A stretch of DNA of 11,493 nucleotides from Salpingoeca rosetta (lineage: Eukaryota; Protista; Choanoflagellata). Below are positions 1 through 7,939 of this stretch, piece after piece. Made by a program: the position numbers and the translations under genes. Numbering within the stretch: the first letter of the stretch is position 1; each line of letters begins with the position of its first letter. Below the pieces are notes generated by a model. It did not search any database and was not told the DNA's origin. It saw only the letters and a list, made by a program, of their open reading frames with translations. Where the stretch lies: assembly GCA_033442325.1 (NCBI GenBank), contig JAWQFM010000001.1, positions 3,106,352 through 3,117,844 of the forward strand. The letters are read 5' to 3'.

Positions 1-33
<33 letters not shown>

Positions 34-49
34 ACCACCACCACCACCA

Positions 50-91
<42 letters not shown>
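1..91. repeat. Compound microsatellite (AC)n-(ACC)n-(CA)n
   Basis: Directly visible: AC dinucleotide run to ~31, about 7 ACC units to ~51, then CA run to ~91; truncated by the window edge. Confidence 0.95.
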
Positions 92-94
<3 letters not shown>

Positions 95-108
95 CTCCCT
101 CTCTCGTC

Positions 109-167
109 TCATTCAAAACTCCGGCCACTGGTAAATATCTACATCATATAAAGTAGTTAAACGAATT
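109..167 (+). promoter_or_regulatory. Putative transcription start region and non-coding first exon of the PRL gene
   Basis: AT-rich island in a GC-rich background, with an Inr-like TCATTC at 109-114 and no ATG. It ends at a perfect donor GTAAGT at 168-173. The exact TSS is inferred. Confidence 0.4.
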
Positions 168-953
168 GTAAGTTTCGCACACGTTTCCTTCTGGTGCCTT
201 CCTATCCACCGAGCCTCGCGCCCAACACGCCCCCACCCCAACAAAAAAAGAGGCAATCACAAATCCTACCGCTCCGAGACAAGCCGACAAGCCAGGTGAG
301 AGACAACAAGCAACGACAACGAGGCATGTGGAGGCGGGGGGGAATGTGTGGTGTTCGTGCGCGTGTGGTGTGTTGTGCGAACGGGATGCATGTGCGAGTG
401 GCGCGTATGGTGAAACCCCCCCCCCTTTCTTGGCTGGCTCGCTTTCCGAACTACACCCCTCTCTTTCTTGCTTCCTTGCGTGCTTGCTTTCTTGCGTGCG
501 TCCTCGCTTCACACATGCCCAATAATAACAACCATCATCCTCATCATGACCATCCCGCTTCTCTCTGCCATAACTCGTGCCCTCTTTTGTGTCTGTTGTG
601 TCACATCGTTTCACATTACCTCGTCTCTTGCCCCTTTGTTGTTTCGCCTTCACCCCATCACATGACTCACACCCAAGTCTTCCCTTCTTGCCTGTGAACA
701 CCACAGATCCCCGCTCTCCCCCCTCACCAACGTTTGACTGTTGTCCTGATCGCGCTCGCCAATCCACGCTCTATCCCCCGCAAGCCTCTCTCTGCATCCC
801 TCTTTGCGACCCCTTCCACACTCATTACCTCCCCTCTACTGCCACCCCCGACTGCCTGACGGACCAGCTGACTCTGCCACGCAGCCAACCGCTTGAACAC
901 CACAAACAACGCGCTCGCGCCTCTCGTGGACCTTTTGCGTATCCTTCACACAG
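168..953 (+). other. Putative 5'UTR intron of the PRL gene
   Basis: Donor GTAAGT at 168 (alternative donor CAG|GTGAGA at 296). Acceptor ccttttgcgtatccttcacaCAG ends at 953. All ATGs between 111 and 964 lie inside this interval. Confidence 0.5.
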
Positions 954-964
954 TTTCTCCATCT

Positions 965-1039
965 ATGGCTCTCTTTGACAAGTCCCTCCCAAAGTGCGTC
1001 AACCAAATTGAGTACAGCCGAGGTGGAATGTGCGTGTGA
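965..1039 (+). CDS. Upstream ORF (24 aa, MALFDKSLPKCVNQIEYSRGGMCV*) in the PRL leader
   Basis: ATG 965 (context tctATGG) to TGA 1037-1039, starting 11 nt after a good splice acceptor. Codons are coding-like (GAC, AAG, TGC, AAC, GAG, TAC). It is followed by 365 nt with no ATG up to the PRL start. Confidence 0.6.
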   Translation: MALFDKSLPKCVNQIEYSRGGMCV

Positions 1040-1404
1040 ACGTTAAGCTCCTCCACCAACTCTTTTACCCCTCCTCCGTTGCCTCTAGTTGCCGTAGTTG
1101 TTCCTCCTACTGCCTGCCATACGCAGCTCGCACCCTTGCGAACGTCTTAATCTTCCCCCGAGTTGGTCTTTGAGCCCCCCCCCCTATTTCTTTTCTTTCG
1201 CTCGTGTTATTTCGCCTGTACACTTGCCTGAGCGCACATTGGTGCCGCAAGCAATCCCTCTTCCCTCTTCTGTTGTCTCAGTACAAATCCTCTCTTCGAG
1301 CCTTTTTAGGTTGTTTTAGCTTTGACTCCCTTGTCTTTTCTCTTTCGTGGCTCGCTTGTTGATCCCTCGTTCACTCCCCTCGCTCCATCCAAGCAACCGG
1401 CATC

Positions 1405-2028
1405 ATGACATCTGCTGGTCAGGCGCGTATGCACATCAGCCCCATCACTCACAAGGGCCTCCGCTTCGTCATTACGGATCGCCCGACAGAGGATACCCTC
1501 CCGGCCTACATTGAGGTGCGCACCTGCGTGTGCTCACACGTTGGTCACCTCGTGTACATGGTTCGGCGTTGCTGTTCGCAAGTTCGTTGCCTCACCCTGC
1601 GCTGTGTTGCACATCCACGCTGTGCCAATGGTTGCATCCGCAACAGATGCTGAAGCAGCACAATGTGAAGCACCTTGTTCGCGTGTGCGAACCATCGTAT
1701 CCAACAAAGGATATCGAGCAGGAGGGCATCCGTGTCCACGTACGTTTCATTCCTGTGTGTCGATGTGTGTGTGTGTCTGTGTGTGTCTGTGTGTCTGTGT
1801 GTCTGTGTGGGTATCTGGCTATCTGTCTGTCTGCCTGCCTGTGTGGTTGTGTGCCTGCTCCTCTGTGTGTGTTGTGTGTTGTGTATCTCTGCGGTTTTAT
1901 CAGGGTGACACGTGCAATGCAGGTTGTGAAACCCCTTGTTGCGTGCACCTCCTTTGCATAAGACACGATCCCCGGTGCCCCGTCCCTCCTCACCGACGAC
2001 CACACTCCCACCCCAACACACACACACA

Positions 2029-2122
<94 letters not shown>

Positions 2123-2735
2123 GTGTTGCGTTGTTCAGGACTGGCCATGTGAGGACGGTGCGCCACCGCCAAAGGATGTGCGCCAGAACTGGCTGAAGCT
2201 GTGCAACGAGACCTTTGCTGCCAACGACAAGGATGCGATTGCTGTGCACTGCGTTGCTGGCCTTGGCCGCGCCCCCGTGCTTGTTGCCATCTCGCTGATT
2301 GAGAGCGGCATGTCCCCTGAAGATGCTGTCATCTTCATCCGCAAGCACAGGCACGGCGCCATCAACAAGCGGTGCGTTCCCCGCCTCTGTGCACAGCTAC
2401 ATGTGTGTGCGTACATGTGCGTGTGTATGTGTGCGTGTGCCTCTGTTTGTCCGTCTGCCTGTCTGTCTGCCTGCTTGCCTGCTTACTGTGCATGTGCGTG
2501 TGGTCATCTTGTGGCTTTGTCGTCTCATTGACATCCCTCTTGTGCATTTGAATGCCATGCACATCCCAAGCGACCTCACACCACCATCCACTCATTGACC
2601 CTGCTCTCCAAAACACACGCACACACTCACGCACGCGCGCACCCGCACGTACACGCACATGCATACATCGACAGCCAACTGCTGTTCCTGCAAGAGTACA
2701 AGCGCAGCGGCCGGGGCGGATGCACAATCCTGTAA
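1405..2735 (+). CDS. PTP4A: PRL-family (PTP4A) prenylated protein tyrosine phosphatase, 165 aa; exons 1405-1515, 1647-1739, 2139-2371, 2675-2735
   Basis: Spliced product: MTSAGQARMHISPITHKGLRFVITDRPTEDTLPAYIE/MLKQHNVKHLVRVCEPSYPTKDIEQEGIRVH/DWPCEDGAPPPKDVRQNWLKLCNETFAANDKDAIAVHCVAGLGRAPVLVAISLIESGMSPEDAVIFIRKHRHGAINKR/QLLFLQEYKRSGRGGCTIL*. PRL hallmarks present: RFxITxxP, VRVC, the WPxxDG loop, the HCVAGLGRAP P-loop and a C-terminal CaaX. All three introns are GT..CAG with consistent phases (0,0,2), total 498 nt. An in-frame stop at 1360-1362 precedes the ATG. Confidence 0.96.
2029..2121. repeat. (CAT)31 perfect trinucleotide microsatellite inside PRL intron 2
   Basis: Uninterrupted CAT units 2029-2121, ending 17 nt before exon 3 (2139). 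Confidence 0.95.
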
Positions 2736-3367
2736 TGTGCAAGCCTTTTTGTGTCGCAACTGGCAACGCTCGTGACTTTAATTCCAAGTGCTCCTACCGA
2801 CGCTTGCATGTACTCTAATTGTGCCGCAAGCTGTCACTGTCCCTTGTCGTGTATGTGAACTCGTTTGTCTAGAGTGTGCGTGCGTGTGTGTATCGCGCTG
2901 TCATGTCTTACCCTGTGCCATAGTTCTTGTGCTTTGTGGACGTGTGTTATGAGTGTCCCTAATCGCCTCGTGTCACACCATCACCACTTGTGTGTGTTTT
3001 TGTTCCACTGTCGTCTCTGCCTCGCTGGTGATTGGTGTCACAATCACTGTCTGTGTCCGTACCACGTTGTCCCATCATGTCATCATGCCGAACAACACCA
3101 TCAACGTTGTTCTTCCTTCCTTCCTTCCTTCCTTCCCTTTTTCTTTTCCCACGATCATTACCACCCTTTCTTTGTTTGTTAGCTTGCTTGCGTGCGTGTC
3201 ACCACGCAACTTGCAGTAAACCAACACCTATACATCCTGTGCTTCCTGCGTGTGGCCTGTGTTTTGCTGTTCGGGAAGTTTACACCCAGACACACAACAC
3301 AGAATCAAACGAATGTAAAACCAGTGGTAGGGAGGAACACGATACAACATCATCCACACAGGCGAAA

Positions 3368-3491
<124 letters not shown>

Positions 3492-3505
3492 CCAACCAAA
3501 AGTTC

Positions 3506-3654
3506 TCAGTGGTGACTGGCGGTCTCACTGATGCTCTCTGGAATGATGGAGAGCAGCGTGCTGCCACTGCTTCTGCTCGCTCTGCTGCCACGGCTGCCAC
3601 GACTGCCACGGCTGCCACGACTGTGACGGCTGTGACGCTGGGTGCCGCTCACTG

Positions 3655-3686
<32 letters not shown>

Positions 3687-5697
3687 CTGCTCCCTGCCGG
3701 AGCAGTGTCGTCTTCTTCACGCGACCAGCCGTGCATGGTTTCGTGCATGGCGCGCGCGCGTGTCTTGGCACCACGGCCCTCCTCCCCCGTATGCGTGTGC
3801 CTGCGACGACGATACTGTTGCCGTTGCTGCTGCTGCCGCTCATCTGCTGACGTGTACATGCCACCGTGAGCACCCCCATCGCGTTGCCAAAGTGATGACA
3901 GCACGGGCTCTGGTGCGCTGTGCAGCCGCTGGCTGCGCGCGTGTGTGCGTGCGTGCAGGGGCGAGGGCGATGCAACGCTGATCTGGCCAAGCGAGGGCCG
4001 TGGCGGGGGCGCCGGTGGCGGTGGACCGTTGGCAGACGTGTACGAGGGACGGAACCGAGAGCGGCGCTCAGCAACGGAGGAGGACGACGATAACGATGAC
4101 GACTGCGACAGGGATGAAGCAATGGACGACAGCCGTGCAAATGCGGGCAGGCTGCCCATGCTACCGTGGCGGCTGCTGTGGGCGCTGCTGGCTGTGGAGC
4201 GCCGACGACGACCAGCCAGCGTCGTGTCTGCCGAGGCGCGGGCAGACGAGAACAGCGAGCCAACCTCAACGTACCCATCACTGTCATCACCGTCATCATC
4301 AACGCCGCCGTCGCCACGAATGCTGGCCGTGAACGGGCGCCAGACACGTGTGCTGTGAACAGAACCAGAGCTGCGTGGCGAGCGAAGGCCGGCACTGTCC
4401 GACAGCATAATGTCTCCAATCCACGGTGAGTCCTCGCCCTCCTGCGCCGTGGTCGACGCACCATTGCTACTGCTGCGCCTGCGACGGCTGCTGGCGTTCG
4501 CGAATGTCTGCTGCTGCGAGGATGTGGAGAACACGGAAGAGGATGTGCTCACCACTGCGTACGGGTGGTCGCGGCCGCGGCGAACCAACGATGACGATGA
4601 TGACGATGCAAATGCTGAAGGTGGCAGCGCTTCCGACGAGCCAACAGCGCCCACTCGCTCATACACACGATCACCGTCACCATTACCACTGTCCCTTCCT
4701 TCGTCGCTCATGCTCGCCCGCGATGGCCCAGCGCGCAGCTGGTGAGCACTGCCGTCGCTGTTGTTTGAAGGGGCGTCAGCTTTGCCGTGGCGCAGCGCCG
4801 TTGTGCTGTCCACGTTCTTGTTGCTGTTGATGTTGGGATGGTGTGTATCTTCGTCTTCATCATCGCTGCTGGTGACGGTTATGGTGATGGACGGTTCTTC
4901 CGACGTGTCGTTCACATGCACATGAAGCGATGACCACGACGCTGGGTCGTCTTCTTCTTCGTCATTGTCATCGTCATCGTTGTCCCCGACAACACGACGA
5001 TGGTCGGCGTTGTTGTCGTTGGTGCTCGCCTGGTTCCTGGTGTCAAAACCTGTGGTTGTTGTTGTCGCTGCTGCTGCCGTTGTTGTTGCGGTCCCGGGCA
5101 TCTGTTCCTCACCTCCGGGGATGTGTGCATATGCAGGCTCAATCACAACCTTGACTGCCCCTTCACCGCCATCGCCAGCGACCTGGTTTCGCTGCTGCTG
5201 TGGTTGCGTTGGCTGTGGTGGCATAGCTTCTGACGGGTCAACAATGGATGGAACTTGGAGCAGGTTGGACACGGGTGGTGGCCGCGGGGTCCACTGCGCG
5301 CTGGCTCCTGCTGACGCCCGTGCTGGTGCCAGAAGTGGTGGTGCTGGTGTGGGCACCAGTGTTGATGGAGTGGCAATAGCTGTTGACCCCGTGCAAGCTG
5401 CGGGAATGCCGGCGTGCACACGATCATCGCTGCCGTCACGGAGACCACGCGCACCACCACCACCACCACCACCACCACCACCACCACCATTCACGTGGTT
5501 GAGGCCAAAGCTGTCATAGCCGCCCGCACCAGACCTGTGCACGTGTGCACCGCAGCTGTTGCCCGTCGCAGTGTCTGCTGGAATCTCCTCATACACAGCG
5601 TGGCCCACAACCACGGCCGCTGGGCGGATGCTTCGAGCGTATGCATGGCGCACGGCAGGAGTTGCCGTTGGCGGTGGTGATAACACCTCTATGGCTG

Positions 5698-5749
<52 letters not shown>

Positions 5750-7939
5750 ATCAAGAGAGAATTGTTGGTGCAACGAGGTGTCATCATCTAGCGGTTGCAA
5801 GATGTGAACGTCCGGCGGCAGTTGTTGCTGCCGCTGCCGGTCACGCTGTTGCTCGACTTTGTGTTGATGGGGTTTATCACCACCTTCCTCGTCCATCTTC
5901 CACCGCACGCGCTTCTTCGTCTTGTTCTTGTTCTTCTTCCACTCCTGGCTCTCCGTCCCCTCTTGTGCACCTTGCTGCTGTTGTTGCTGTTGCTGGTGCG
6001 AGCCTGTGCTTCCCAGGCTGAGGTTGCTCTCGATGCCCTGAAGTGCCAGCACCTGCGGGCGCCGGTGGTCTGTGGTTGCCGACGCGTGTGCGCCGTTGGG
6101 GTGTTGCGGCACGCCGAGCACGTTGAGCGGACGGCCCTCGTCATCCATCTGTAGCCGCTCCAGCACCACGTGCTCATCTGGCAACGCGTCCTGCTCGCTG
6201 TCCTCATCGCTGCCTTGCTCAATGTCGCCGTCGTCAAGGGCGGGCAGGAAGTACCGGCGGCGCACGCACTTGCCGAGATAGTAGAACGCAGCTGCGATGA
6301 GCAGTATGCCGGAGCCAAACCCAACAATGAGGTAGATGATGAGCGCAATTCTCCGCACGCGCTTCGTGCCGCGATCCTGGCCAGACCCGCTGTTGTTGTT
6401 GGTGTCGGCTGGGGTGGTTGTGCTCACGCGGGTTGACGCGAGCAGCCATGCCGGCGATGATGTTGTGGGGATGGTGCTGTTGAAGTTTCGCTCCAAGACG
6501 GCTCCGTTTAAACCCTCCACGCCGTCCTCTCCAGGGGCTGTGGTTGTAGTTGGCGGTACGAACGTTGGCAGCTCAAGGGAGGACCCGTCCCCATCACCGC
6601 CGCCAGCGCCTGCCGTGCCGTTGGTGCCCTCCGCGTCTACGACGGTCTCGTTCACAAACTCTGCCACCGTGCTTGCAAGCACGGGTTCGGTCGTCGCGTC
6701 CATGTCGGGTGCTGTTGTCGTCTGCAACAGCACTTCCTCGTGTGAAACGTTGAAGGTGGCGCGAGCGGACAAGATGCCAATGGGGTGGTACGTGGGCGCG
6801 GTGGTGCTGCTGGCTGCCGAGATGCTGTCCGGCATCGCAGTTGTTGTCGTGCTTGTGGCACTGCTGTTGGTGTTGCTGTTGGTACTGCTGTTGGTGTCAC
6901 CCGATGCCTGCAAGCAGGCAACGAAAGCGGTCACCACGTAGTCTGGTGTGCTCATGTCGATGTGCACGGGGACAATAAGAGGGTGGGTGACATTCGCTAG
7001 CGTCGTGTTCGCTGCCAGTGTCAGGTCCACCACATCATCGTACACCACCGAAAACGTCGGGATAAGCTCTGCTGGCACCTGTGCTGTCGTGGCCGTTGGT
7101 GTGGTGGTGGTTTGCGTCGTCGTCGTCGTGTTCGTCGTTGGTGTTTTCGTGGTTGTCGTTGTGTTTCTTGCTGTTGGTGTCGTTGTCGTCGATGGACCGC
7201 TGTCGCCAGAACTGATGATGACGCCGACGGTGGTGATCGTGATGCGTGGCGGGTGCATAATGGCGGCGGCTGGGTTGGGGAGGAACAGCAGAAAGCTGAA
7301 CTGCGCGCTCGTGTGTTGTGGCACAGCACCACGCATGACGCGCTGGAAGCATGCGTCGCTGCCCGGTCCCAGCATGGCCACGCGGTGGGGCGGGGACGCA
7401 GATAAGCCCCACGCGGAAGTGTTTGTCGATGCGGGAATGGATGTGTTTGTCTGTCGCACGCAGGCACTGCCGTCGAAATCGAGGTCCACCACGCACTCCA
7501 CGTCTCGGAAGCAGCCTTCTTGCCAAGGCTCACCAAACACCGCCGGCGCTGCCGCTGTGGTTGTGGGCAAGGCTGGTGCCGTTGTGCTCGTGAAGTTGCT
7601 GCTCTTGACATCTGTGGCGGGAACGGCAGTGGCGTTATGACGTGCGGTTGTTGGAGCCGTCGTGGTGGAGTTGTTGCTGGTCAAAGTCGGAGACGAGGTG
7701 CTGTTCGTGGAAGAATCGGCTGCGACACTGCGTAAGCACGTCGTGAAGCCGGGGTCGGTCATGCCATATGTGGAGACAGCTACCACGCCAAGGCGTTGCT
7801 TGTCCAAGAGAAGCATGGCTGCGAGCACCACGAGGAGTGTGAAGCACGCGGTCCGCTGAGGGGCGCGCCTACTCTGCGGCTTTGGAGCATGTCGCCTGGA
7901 AGAAGCACATGCCCGCAGCACAGGCTCACGCGGCGACAT
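3506..7939 (-). CDS. Single-pass type I membrane protein, ~1477 aa: signal-like hydrophobic segment, Thr/Ser-rich mucin-like ectodomain, one TM helix, long disordered Tyr-motif-bearing cytoplasmic tail; no recognisable catalytic domain
   Basis: 4.4-kb stop-free frame. The first ATG is at 7939 (acaATG context); the track's start at 8155 is a GTG. Hydrophobic stretch CFTLLVVLAAMLLL near the N-terminus. Many N-x-S/T sequons and Thr tracts precede the TM segment IALIIYLIVGFGSGILLIAAAFYYL (6275-6349), which is followed by GKCVRRR. The tail has polyQ, polyG, acidic, Ser/Arg and Pro-rich segments. Confidence 0.85.
3584..3637 (-). repeat. 9-bp coding tandem repeat giving (RHS)2(RGS)4 near the C-terminus
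   Basis: ctgccacgg/ctgccacga/ctgtgacgg units on the + strand; the translation reads RHSRHSRGSRGSRGSRGSRASRSS. Confidence 0.8.
5452..5488. repeat. (ACC)n coding microsatellite (poly-Gly on the - strand)
   Basis: caccaccacc run, translated as GGGGGGGGGGGG in the large ORF. Confidence 0.85.
5699..5748. repeat. (CTG)n coding microsatellite (poly-Gln on the - strand)
   Basis: ctgctgctg run, translated as a ~17-Gln tract in the large ORF; a shorter one lies at ~3655-3682. Confidence 0.85.

Noticed and set aside
144-978. Overlapping ORFs of 61-207 aa on both strands upstream of PRL
   Set aside because: No recognisable motifs, compositionally biased, and several use non-ATG starts; the region is better explained as 5'UTR intron.
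1936-2196. Poly-His, poly-Ile and poly-Met ORFs
   Set aside because: These are translations of the intronic (CAT)31 microsatellite; PRL splicing removes it cleanly.
3506-3530. Possible donor (CA|GTGAGA on the - strand) just before the receptor stop, followed by (TG)n
   Set aside because: It could indicate a terminal intron, but I found no convincing downstream coding exon; the stop at 3506 is kept pending cDNA evidence.
3945-7859. Many 60-230 aa + strand and alternate-frame ORFs within the large gene
   Set aside because: Expected shadow ORFs of a GC-rich, low-complexity coding strand.
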